A stretch of 64,000 nt of DNA from Acidimicrobiia bacterium (GTDB lineage Bacteria > Actinomycetota > Acidimicrobiia > Spongiisociales > UBA4744). Under the pieces are notes generated by a model. That model was not told where the DNA came from. It saw only the letters and a list, made by a program, of their open reading frames with translations, and did no database searches. Each line of letters begins with the position of its first letter. Position 1 is the first letter of the stretch. Positions 30,393 through 38,534 of this stretch are shown here, piece by piece. The translations under genes were made by a program, and so were the position numbers. The stretch spans positions 1,523-65,522 of the forward strand of contig JAOTUY010000009.1 in the NCBI GenBank assembly GCA_029863625.1, in the 5' to 3' direction.

Positions 30393-31477
30393 TGGCGGTG
30401 CGGACCGACGAAGGCCGCCGGGACGGGTTTCGCCGCCTGGGTGGATTGGCGCTGCTGCTCGTGGTCCTCGGTGGAGCATTTCTTGGAGCCCGGCAGCTTG
30501 CCGACTGGGTGGGCGGATTGGGAGGGGTCTCGGACGTCACCGCTCCTCCCGATCTCCAACCGGGTCTTGAGGTCTCCGTGGACATTCCGGCCGGTTCGAC
30601 CGCCCGCCAGATCGGGGTTCTCCTCGCCGAAGCCGGCGTTGTGGAGTCGGCGGCACGGTTTGAATTGGCCGCCCGCACCACGGATTCTGCTGAGCGTCTC
30701 CAGGCAGGTCGATACGATCTCGAAACCGGGATGGCCAACGACACGGTCATCGACCGACTCCTGACGGGCCCGATGATCGAGACGTTCCGGATCACGGTGC
30801 GGGAGGGATTGTGGATCAACGAAGTCCTCGACGAGATCGCCGGACAGACCGATTTCACAACGGCTGAGGTCCGGCAGGCTTTGAGCGGCGTCGAGTCCTC
30901 GTTACTGGAAGGTCCCGCCTCCGACCCCATTTCGTGGGAAGGTCTGCTCTTCCCCGACACCTACGATTTCCCACTCGACGCGGATCCCGAGGAGATCCTG
31001 CAGCGTCTGGCCGACACAATGGTGCGGCGCGTCGAGACCGTCGACTGGTCGGAGCTTGAATCGCGAGGTCTTTCGGTCTATGAAGGCATCATCGTTGCTT
31101 CGCTGATTGAGGCGGAAGCCGGTGTTGACGGCGACCGACCGCTGATCGCCAGCGTGGTGGTCAATCGCCTGGACTTGCCGATGGTGCTCGGTATCGACGC
31201 CACCGTGATCTATGCCGTCGGGCAGCGGGGCAAGTCGCTCACGCAGTCGGACCTCGACATCGATTCGCCATACAACACCAGGAAATTTGCCGGTCTTCCG
31301 CCCACTCCGATCGGCGGCCCGGGGAGAGCCTCGCTTGAGGCAGCTGCTTCGCCTGCGGCGACTGACTTTCTTTACTACGTGCTGACATCGGCAACCGGCG
31401 CGCATTCTTTCACGGCCAGCTACGACGAGTTCCTCGCCTTGAAGCAGCAAGCCTTGAACGATGGTCTCATTCCATGA
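30392..31477 (+). CDS. mltG: Endolytic transglycosylase
   Basis: TM anchor, EGLLFPDTY, ASLIEAEA, DATV.YA, SPYNT, GLPPTPI. Confidence 0.94.
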   Translation: MAVRTDEGRRDGFRRLGGLALLLVVLGGAFLGARQLADWVGGLGGVSDVTAPPDLQPGLEVSVDIPAGSTARQIGVLLAEAGVVESAARFELAARTTDSAERLQAGRYDLETGMANDTVIDRLLTGPMIETFRITVREGLWINEVLDEIAGQTDFTTAEVRQALSGVESSLLEGPASDPISWEGLLFPDTYDFPLDADPEEILQRLADTMVRRVETVDWSELESRGLSVYEGIIVASLIEAEAGVDGDRPLIASVVVNRLDLPMVLGIDATVIYAVGQRGKSLTQSDLDIDSPYNTRKFAGLPPTPIGGPGRASLEAAASPAATDFLYYVLTSATGAHSFTASYDEFLALKQQALNDGLIP

Positions 31478-32289
31478 AACAACCAGGTGGCGTGGTGGCC
31501 GGTTTCGACCTGGTCCTGCTTGGAGATCCAGTCGCTCACTCGCTTTCGCCCGTCATCCAGCAAGCAGGCCTCGACGCGGCCGGTGTGATGGGCACCTACC
31601 GGGCCCTTCGGGTGGACGCAAACGGGTTCCGCCGGGCGTGCGTGGATCTGCGGGCCGGGAGATGGCGGGGGGCCAATGTCACGATGCCCCACAAGCGCCT
31701 GGCTTTCGCAGAGACGGACGAATGGTCGACGGGAGCCGAGAGGTCCGGCTCCGTCAACACCATCGTCGTGAAAGATTCCCGATTGGTAGGGCATAGCACC
31801 GATATCGACGGAATTCGGCAAGTGTGGCAAGAGGCCGGGTTGCCGCTCGATGCTCCGGTGCTGGTGCTGGGCGCCGGGGGCGCCGCCGCCGCGGCCCTGG
31901 TAGCGCTCGATGTATCAGATCTCCTCATCTCGTCTCGCCGTTGGGAAGCCGCACAAGAAGTGGCCGCCACCGCGGACGTTGCGGTTCGTCCGGTGAAGTG
32001 GGGGAAAGTGATCGCCGGAGCCGTTGTCGTGAATGCGACTCCTCTGGGAATGAAGGGCGAGACTCTGCCTCGCGGCATCGTTGAGCAATCGGCCGGTTTG
32101 CTCGATATGGCCTACAGCGTCCAGGTAACTCCAGCCGTGCGAACGGCTTGCCGGGCCGGTTTGCCCCATGCGTCCGGCCCGGATGTGCTCCTGGCGCAAG
32201 CCACCGCCTCCTTCACGCTGTGGACCGGTCTGGCCGCTCCCTCGGTTGCGATGCGCGCTGCGCTGCAAAAGGCTCAAGCGACCGGCTAG
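31474..32289 (+). CDS. aroE: Shikimate dehydrogenase
   Basis: GDPVAHSLSP, NVTMPHK, SVNT, GAGGAA, NATPLG. Confidence 0.92.
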   Translation: MKQPGGVVAGFDLVLLGDPVAHSLSPVIQQAGLDAAGVMGTYRALRVDANGFRRACVDLRAGRWRGANVTMPHKRLAFAETDEWSTGAERSGSVNTIVVKDSRLVGHSTDIDGIRQVWQEAGLPLDAPVLVLGAGGAAAAALVALDVSDLLISSRRWEAAQEVAATADVAVRPVKWGKVIAGAVVVNATPLGMKGETLPRGIVEQSAGLLDMAYSVQVTPAVRTACRAGLPHASGPDVLLAQATASFTLWTGLAAPSVAMRAALQKAQATG

Positions 32290-32301
32290 CTCCGCCGAAA
32301 C
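32274..32301 (+). promoter_or_regulatory. sigma28/WhiG-like promoter TCAA-N16-GCCGAAAC
   Basis: Upstream of the first pilus gene; -35 and -10 identical to the pilT site. Confidence 0.6.
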
Positions 32302-32331
32302 TCCCTAAGAGTCGGTCACGGAGGAGTCATC

Positions 32332-33240
32332 ATGTCGCTAACCGGTGCCCTCGAGGCGTTCCCGCTGCCCGAGGTGCTGCGCTTGCTAGCGCGGTCCAAT
32401 AAAAGCGGAACCCTGCGAGTCGATGGGGCCGACCTGCAGGGAAGGATCTACCTCACCGACGGTTCGCTCACCTATGCAACGACCCGCCGCGAAGAGGACC
32501 TGGCCGACGATTTGGTCGGTGCCGGGTTGATCGATTCCCAGGATTGGGTGCTGGTGGAACGCCGTGAGAAGGACGTGGTCGAGGTTCTCGGCGAGCACGC
32601 CACAAAGCAACAGTTGACAGACCTGCTGGCCGACCAGATTGCGGATGTCATCTTCCGGCTCATGCGGAGGACCGACGGCGATTTCGAGTTCTCCGAGTCT
32701 GTCGGCCCGCGCTACAACACTGGGATCATCATCGACATTGACGCTTCCATCGCTGAGGCCGAGAGACGCAATACGCAGTGGACCGAGATCGAGCAGGTCA
32801 TTCCGGCGATCACCTTCCACCTTCGAATGGTTCCCGATCTCACAGACCGCAATGAGGTTCCCGTGCCCGCCGCGCACTGGAGGATTCTCGCCGCCCTCCA
32901 TGGCGAGGGAAGCATCGAAGAGGTCGCCCGGCGTTTGGGAATGACCGACTTCGCGGTTGCGCAGATCATGGCCGGCCTGGCTCGTGATGGACTATTGGAA
33001 GTTGTCGACATGCCGCCGCCGGCCGGATACGGATACGGCGAAGACCCAAGCGCTGTGCAGGAAGTGGCACCGGAACCGCCCCGGGAGAGCCCTGATGAAC
33101 CGGACGTGGACGATGAAGTGCTTCTTCGCTCCGCTCTGTCGGACGTCGTTGCGACAGATGACGGTCAAGAGGTACCCGCCCTAGCCCGTAAGCGCGGTCT
33201 GGGCGCCCGAGTCCAGGAAGCCAAGGAAGCCGGTGAGTAA
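32332..33240 (+). CDS. DUF4388 (PatA_N) domain protein heading the pilus operon
   Basis: MSLTGALEAFPLPEVLRLLARSNKSGTL...GRIYLTDG...DGDFEF pattern; winged-helix-like C-terminal part; acidic tail. Confidence 0.8.
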   Translation: MSLTGALEAFPLPEVLRLLARSNKSGTLRVDGADLQGRIYLTDGSLTYATTRREEDLADDLVGAGLIDSQDWVLVERREKDVVEVLGEHATKQQLTDLLADQIADVIFRLMRRTDGDFEFSESVGPRYNTGIIIDIDASIAEAERRNTQWTEIEQVIPAITFHLRMVPDLTDRNEVPVPAAHWRILAALHGEGSIEEVARRLGMTDFAVAQIMAGLARDGLLEVVDMPPPAGYGYGEDPSAVQEVAPEPPRESPDEPDVDDEVLLRSALSDVVATDDGQEVPALARKRGLGARVQEAKEAGE

Positions 33241-34930
33241 CCGAGCCATGGTGCAGCGAGATGCCGGACATCTCGGAACCCTCCTCCTGGAGGAAGGCAT
33301 CGTTACCGAGGAGGTGCTCAAGAAGGGCCTGGATCTTCACCATGAGACCGGCCGTCCTCTGGGGCGGGTCCTGGTTGAAGAGAACCTGGTCGACGAACGA
33401 GACCTGGTCCGCGTTCTGGCCAAGAACATTGGCATCGAGTTCGTCGATCTCGACGAAGGAGCGGTCGATCCGGCTGCCGCAGCCCTGATTCCTGAGGCGT
33501 TGGCGCGCCGCTATGCGGCCCTCCCGATAGGCTTCGAAGAAGAAAAACTGGTCGTCGCCATGGCCGACCCGGCCAACGTGCTGGCCATCGACGACATCCG
33601 AGCGATTTCCGGACGTGAGGTGGTGCTCAAGGTCGCCACTCGCTCCGACGTCGAGGCGGCTGTGTCCCGCATGGCGTCTCTGGACAGTTCCGTTACCGAC
33701 ATGGCCGAACTGGCGGCTGAGGACGCCATTGAATCGCAGGACCTCGGCGCGGTCGAAGCGGCAGCCGACGAAGCCCCTGTGGTCAAACTGGTGAACATGC
33801 TGATCACCAGGGCGGCGGCCGATCGAGCCTCCGACATCCATGTTGAACCGACCGAACGAGATCTGCGGGTCCGGTTCCGGATCGATGGTGTGCTCCACGA
33901 GATCATGCGGACACCTCGGTCGATCTCGAACGCCCTTGTCAGTCGGCTGAAGATCATGGCCGACATCGATATCGCCGAGCGTCGCCGCCCGCAAGACGGA
34001 CGGATAAATCTCAAGGTTGGCGGCAAACAACTCGACCTCCGCGTTTCCAGCCTGCCAACCATCTACGGCGAGAAAGTCGTCATGCGGCTCCTCGACACCA
34101 GTACCGCACTTCTCGAGCTCAAGGATCTGGGGTTCCTGGGTGAAAACGAGCGCCGCTACCAGGAATCCTTCAGCAAGCCCTACGGGACCATCCTGTGCGT
34201 AGGGCCTACCGGTTCGGGAAAGTCGACGACGCTTTATGCGACCCTCAACGTCCTCAATCGACCCGAGGTGAACATCGTGACGATTGAAGACCCGGTGGAA
34301 TACCGCCTCCCCGGCATCAGCCAGGTACAGGTCAACAAGAAAGCCGGCCTCAACTTTGCATCGGCGTTGCGTTCTTTCCTCCGTCAGGACCCCGACATCA
34401 TGCTGGTTGGTGAGATTCGCGACCAGGAAACGGCCAACATCGCCATCGAATCCGCACTGACCGGGCACCTGGTGCTCTCCACTCTCCACACCAATAACGC
34501 GCCGGCCAGCGTCAGCCGGCTGATCGAGATGGGTGTCGAGCCATTCCTGGTCGGGTCGGCCCTCGACGCCGTGCTCGCGCAGCGGCTGGCCAGACGGCTG
34601 TGCGGCCAGTGCAAGGAGGCCTACACGCCAACGGCCGAGGCCCTTCGGGAAGCCAGTTTCCCGATGGGGAGTCTCGACCAGGTGCCGACCTTGTATCGGG
34701 CCGTTGGGTGCAAACACTGTTCCAACACCGGCTATCGCGGGCGCCTGGCCGTCCACGAGCTGATGACCGTCAACGAGGAGATCGAACTGTTGGCTGTGGA
34801 GCGGGCCGCCACCGAACAGCTGACCAAGGCCGCAGTCGCCAACGGGATGCTCACCCTCAGAGAAGACGGTATGGCGAAGGTCGCAATGGGGCTCACCTCC
34901 ATCGAAGAGATCATGCGGGTCATCATCTAG
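33233..34930 (+). CDS. pilB: Type IV pilus extension ATPase with MshEN-like N-terminus
   Basis: ASDIHVEP, ERRRPQDG, GPTGSGKS, LRQDPD..LVGEIRD, Zn Cys pairs CGQC and CKHC. Confidence 0.95.
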   Translation: MSNRAMVQRDAGHLGTLLLEEGIVTEEVLKKGLDLHHETGRPLGRVLVEENLVDERDLVRVLAKNIGIEFVDLDEGAVDPAAAALIPEALARRYAALPIGFEEEKLVVAMADPANVLAIDDIRAISGREVVLKVATRSDVEAAVSRMASLDSSVTDMAELAAEDAIESQDLGAVEAAADEAPVVKLVNMLITRAAADRASDIHVEPTERDLRVRFRIDGVLHEIMRTPRSISNALVSRLKIMADIDIAERRRPQDGRINLKVGGKQLDLRVSSLPTIYGEKVVMRLLDTSTALLELKDLGFLGENERRYQESFSKPYGTILCVGPTGSGKSTTLYATLNVLNRPEVNIVTIEDPVEYRLPGISQVQVNKKAGLNFASALRSFLRQDPDIMLVGEIRDQETANIAIESALTGHLVLSTLHTNNAPASVSRLIEMGVEPFLVGSALDAVLAQRLARRLCGQCKEAYTPTAEALREASFPMGSLDQVPTLYRAVGCKHCSNTGYRGRLAVHELMTVNEEIELLAVERAATEQLTKAAVANGMLTLREDGMAKVAMGLTSIEEIMRVII

Positions 34931-34968
34931 GAGACCGGCCGGAGAAGGGTCGCCTGCCAGGGAAACCT

Positions 34969-34996
34969 TCAAGGTGGGCGGGCCCACTGCCGAAAC
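34969..34996 (+). promoter_or_regulatory. sigma28/WhiG-like promoter TCAA-N16-GCCGAAAC
   Basis: In the pilB-pilT gap; same elements and spacing as 32274. Confidence 0.6.
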
Positions 34997-35037
34997 TGAT
35001 ATGAGGCAAATCGCCTCGAAGGGTAACCGGAAAGAGA

Positions 35038-36603
35038 ATGAACACAGCATCACGCAGACTCGGTGAGCTTCTCGTCGATCGTCGGTTGCTTTCCAAGGAT
35101 GTCCTGGAGGGCTTGCTGAACCAGGAAACGTCCACCGGCGTTCCGATCGCCAAGCTCCTGATCGACGGTGGGCACGTCCGGGAGGAGGACCTCCTCAGGG
35201 CCGTTGCCGACCGGGTGGGCATGCTGTACATCGACCTCGACGACGCCTTGCTCGATCCGGAAGCAGTCGGGCTGCTTGACGCCGACGCGGCCCGCCAGCT
35301 CATGGCCATGCCGGTCCGCATGGAGGAGGAGAAGGTCGTCGTCGCCGTCGCCGATCCTTTCGACCCCGAAACTCATGTGCGCCTGGAGAAGATCTCGGGT
35401 TTAGGGGTGACCCTGGCGTTGGCCACTCGGACCGCTATCCAGCGTGCCATCGACTTCGTACACGGCTCCGAGAAGGTCCCACTTATTCGTCAGCCGGGAA
35501 TGCCAACGGAAACGGCGACGGCGACCGAGCCCGATATCCTGCACCTCAACGAGCTGCTCGGTATTCAGCTTGATCGGGGTGGGTCCGACCTGCATCTCAC
35601 CGCCGGTTCGCCACCGCAGATCCGCGTGCACGGAAAACTCGAGCGCTTGACCGATTTTCCGGTGCTCAAGCCGGCCGAACTGCGGCGGATGATCTACAGC
35701 ATCCTTACGGAGAAGCAGAGGGAGAAGCTGGAGGAAACGTTAGAGCTCGATGCGTCCCATCCGGTGCCCGGGCGGGGCCGGTTTCGCATGAACGTCTATT
35801 TTCAGCGTGACTCGATCGGAGCCGCTTTCCGGGCGATACCGACCGACATCATGTCCCTGCAGCAGTTGGGAATACCAACCTCGGTGGGTGAACTGGCCGA
35901 TTTGCAGCGCGGTCTCGTTCTCGTGACGGGTCCGACGGGCTCCGGCAAGTCGACGACTCTGGCGGCGTTGATCGACATGGTCAATTCCAAGCGCTCCTGT
36001 CACATTCTCACCGTCGAGGATCCGATCGAATTCCTGCATGTCCACAAGCAGGCCATCGTCAATCAGCGAGAGGTTGGAGCCGACACTCTCGGCTTCGGGT
36101 CGGCCTTGAAGCATGCCCTGCGGCAGGACCCGGACGTGATTCTGGTTGGGGAGTTGCGGGATCTCGAAACCATCTCGACGGCCCTCACAGCCGCCGAGAC
36201 GGGTCACCTCGTCTTTGCCACTCTGCACACTCAGGATGCCCCCCAGACCATCGACCGCATCGTCGATGTGTTCCCCTCGCACCAACAGCAGCAGATCCGG
36301 GTACAGGTGGCATCGACGATTCAGGCCATCATGACCCAGCAGTTGGTTCCGCTCCGGTCTGGAAAGGGCCGCGTGCCGGCCGTCGAAGTGATGATCGCCA
36401 CGTCGGGTATTCGCAATCTGATTCGCGAGTCGAAGAATCATCAGATCACCACGGCGATGCAAGCCGGTGGAAAGCACGGTATGCAGACGATGGATCAGGC
36501 TTTGGCGGATCTGGTCCGTCGAAACCTCATCTCGTACGCGGTGGCGGTCGAACGATGCATGAACCTCGAGGATTTCCAACGGCTCGCGGGTCGGATGGCG
36601 TAG
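35038..36603 (+). CDS. pilT: Type IV pilus retraction ATPase with an extra ~165-aa MshEN/N1-like N-terminal domain
   Basis: GSDLHL, GPTGSGKS, EDPIE, QREVG.DT, AAETGHLVFATLHT, GIRNLIRE, GMQTMDQ; no tetracysteine. Confidence 0.92.
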   Translation: MNTASRRLGELLVDRRLLSKDVLEGLLNQETSTGVPIAKLLIDGGHVREEDLLRAVADRVGMLYIDLDDALLDPEAVGLLDADAARQLMAMPVRMEEEKVVVAVADPFDPETHVRLEKISGLGVTLALATRTAIQRAIDFVHGSEKVPLIRQPGMPTETATATEPDILHLNELLGIQLDRGGSDLHLTAGSPPQIRVHGKLERLTDFPVLKPAELRRMIYSILTEKQREKLEETLELDASHPVPGRGRFRMNVYFQRDSIGAAFRAIPTDIMSLQQLGIPTSVGELADLQRGLVLVTGPTGSGKSTTLAALIDMVNSKRSCHILTVEDPIEFLHVHKQAIVNQREVGADTLGFGSALKHALRQDPDVILVGELRDLETISTALTAAETGHLVFATLHTQDAPQTIDRIVDVFPSHQQQQIRVQVASTIQAIMTQQLVPLRSGKGRVPAVEVMIATSGIRNLIRESKNHQITTAMQAGGKHGMQTMDQALADLVRRNLISYAVAVERCMNLEDFQRLAGRMA

Positions 36604-36615
36604 GAGGACGGGCAC

Positions 36616-37836
36616 ATGGCGACAACCTTCAGCTACAAGGTCAAGGACAAGTCGGGCAAGTTGCACGACGGTGAGATGCAGGCCTCGTCCCAGTCGGCCG
36701 TCGCCAAGGCGCTACGCGAGCGTGGGTTTGTGCCGGTGTTGGTCGAAGAGAAGAAAGCTTCGGCGCTTCAGAAAGAGATCAAGATCCCGGGTTTGTCGGG
36801 CCGGATCAAAGTCAAGGAAGTCTCGGTCTTCAGCCGGCAGTTCGCCACCATGATCAACTCGGGTCTTTCGCTCCTCAGGTCTCTGACCATTCTGGCCGAG
36901 CAGACACCCAACCGTGCCTTCCGGGATGTGATCCTCAACGTGAAGGCCGATGTTGAAAAGGGATCGTCGCTCTCCCAGGCCCTCGAGAAGCACCCGAAGA
37001 CTTTCCCCCGCATCTATTCATCTATGGTCAAGTCGGGTGAAGTAGGCGGTGTCCTGGACGAGACGCTGGAACGGCTGGCGATAACGCTCGAAGCGCAGGT
37101 GGAACTCCGGTCCCAGGTGAAATCGGCCATGATGTACCCGGCGGCCGTCTTCGGTCTGGTGATCTTCATCGTCATCGCCATGTTGCTCTTCGTAGTCCCG
37201 ATGTTCGAGTCGATGTTTGCCGATTTCGGGGCCGAGCTTCCCCTGCCGACCAGGATGCTGATGAGTCTTTCGGTGATCTTCACGACATATTGGTATCTGG
37301 CGATTGGCGGCACGATCGGAGCCATCTACGGCTTCAAGCGGTGGATCGCCACCGATGGGGGCCGCAGCAGATTCGACGCCATCAAACTCAAGATGCCGAT
37401 CTTCGGCAAACTGGTCCACAAGACCGCCCTGGCCCGGTTCGCCCACACCCTGGCGGCGCTCACGAGGACTGGAGTCCCGATCCTGATGGCGATGGACATC
37501 GTGGCCGAAACCTCAGGTAACGCCGTGGTCGCCCGGGCCGTGATGAGCGTGCAGGCTTCCGTCAAAGAAGGCGAGTCGATCGCGGAGCCCCTATCGAACC
37601 ACCCGGTGTTTCCCCCGATGGTGGTGCAGATGATGGCGGTCGGCGAAGAGACCGGCGCTCTCGACACGATGCTCGAGAAGGTGGGCGATTTCTTCGATCG
37701 CGAGGTCAAGACCATGGTGGAGGGCTTGACCAGCCTCATCGAACCCCTCCTGGTCGTAATCCTGGGGGCCACCGTCGGTGGCATGCTCCTGGCTCTCTAC
37801 CTGCCCATCTTCAATGTCATCACGCTCATCGAATAG
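36616..37836 (+). CDS. pilC: Type IV pilus platform protein
   Basis: FSRQFATMINSG, GEVGGVLD, AMMYP, VGEETGALD, LIEP, YLPIF. Confidence 0.95.
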   Translation: MATTFSYKVKDKSGKLHDGEMQASSQSAVAKALRERGFVPVLVEEKKASALQKEIKIPGLSGRIKVKEVSVFSRQFATMINSGLSLLRSLTILAEQTPNRAFRDVILNVKADVEKGSSLSQALEKHPKTFPRIYSSMVKSGEVGGVLDETLERLAITLEAQVELRSQVKSAMMYPAAVFGLVIFIVIAMLLFVVPMFESMFADFGAELPLPTRMLMSLSVIFTTYWYLAIGGTIGAIYGFKRWIATDGGRSRFDAIKLKMPIFGKLVHKTALARFAHTLAALTRTGVPILMAMDIVAETSGNAVVARAVMSVQASVKEGESIAEPLSNHPVFPPMVVQMMAVGEETGALDTMLEKVGDFFDREVKTMVEGLTSLIEPLLVVILGATVGGMLLALYLPIFNVITLIE

Positions 37837-37851
37837 CCGTGAATCCCGTGG

Positions 37852-37863
37852 CTGACTAGTCAG
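37852..37863. promoter_or_regulatory. Perfect palindrome CTGACTAGTCAG (putative operator)
   Basis: Same TGACTAGTCA core as 18034-18043. Confidence 0.55.
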
Positions 37864-37904
37864 TTGGGGGTTCGAAGATTGGCCCCTCATTCGGGGATTG
37901 TCGC

Positions 37905-37932
37905 TCAACTCCCGACGGCTGAGCACCGATAT
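37905..37932 (+). promoter_or_regulatory. sigma28/WhiG-like promoter TCAA-N16-ACCGATAT
   Basis: Upstream of the major pilin; same 16-nt spacing. Confidence 0.6.
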
Positions 37933-37980
37933 CTATCTATGAGGGCCGAACGTCGGCTCTTCCTAAAAGGAGGAATCACC

Positions 37981-38424
37981 ATGATTGGTTTGATTCGGAG
38001 CCGACTCGGAAACGACGAAGGCTTCACTTTGGTCGAGTTGATGGTGGTCGTATTGATCATTGCCATTCTTGTGGCGATCGCCATCCCGACCTTCCTCGGT
38101 GCTCGTACCAGCGCCCAGGATCGGGCCGCCCAGAGCAACCTGCGCAACGCCCTGACTGCCGAGAAGGTCTTCTACGTCGACAACGAGGCGTACAGCGACA
38201 ACGCGGCCGCCGAACTGGATGCCATTGAGCCGAGCATCGACTGGGCCTCCATTACGGTCACCCTCAATGCTTTGAACGACCAGGACGTTTGCTTGTTGAT
38301 CACATCGTCCAGCGGTACCGTTTTCGCCCTGAAGGACGTCGCTTCTGGGGTCGGAGCCGGGACCTTCTATGGCCAAACCGACTGCGCTGGTGCGACCTTC
38401 ACCACCGCGGACGCCGGCTGGTAA
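37981..38424 (+). CDS. pilA: Major type IVa pilin
   Basis: AGGAGG SD; MIGLIRSRLGNDEG|FTLVELMVVVLIIAILVAIAIP; 147 aa; two C-terminal Cys; own promoter and downstream hairpin. Confidence 0.92.
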   Translation: MIGLIRSRLGNDEGFTLVELMVVVLIIAILVAIAIPTFLGARTSAQDRAAQSNLRNALTAEKVFYVDNEAYSDNAAAELDAIEPSIDWASITVTLNALNDQDVCLLITSSSGTVFALKDVASGVGAGTFYGQTDCAGATFTTADAGW

Positions 38425-38448
38425 ACAAACCCCCACCGATCTAGAACT

Positions 38449-38478
38449 CGAGAGGGCGGCCTGTAGGCCGCCCTCTCG
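38449..38478 (+). terminator. Strong stem-loop after pilA (terminator or mRNA-stabilising hairpin)
   Basis: CGAGAGGGCGGCC-TGTA-GGCCGCCCTCTCG perfect inverted repeat; no U tail. Confidence 0.7.
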
Positions 38479-38534
38479 GCATGTCGTTAGATCCAGCCGA
38501 CTGTGGCTAACGTCATTTGCCGAAGGAAGGAAGC

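Noticed and set aside
34997..35037. GGCAAA...GAAG...GGAAAG in the pilT leader, superficially like a c-di-GMP-I riboswitch
   Set aside because: Only about 40 nt, no GACGCAAAGC segment or second stem; it is better explained as the short hairpin GAGGC-AAATC-GCCTC.
32966..35053. 695-aa minus-strand ORF and other long antisense ORFs (4130-5014, 16261-17628, 25011-26432, 28489-29913)
   Set aside because: They lie opposite well-conserved genes, have no motifs, and are typical shadow ORFs of high-GC codon bias.
38490..38530. GCCGAC and GCCGAA hexamers upstream of pilD as further sigma28 promoters
   Set aside because: No T(C/G/A)AA element at the 16-nt spacing.
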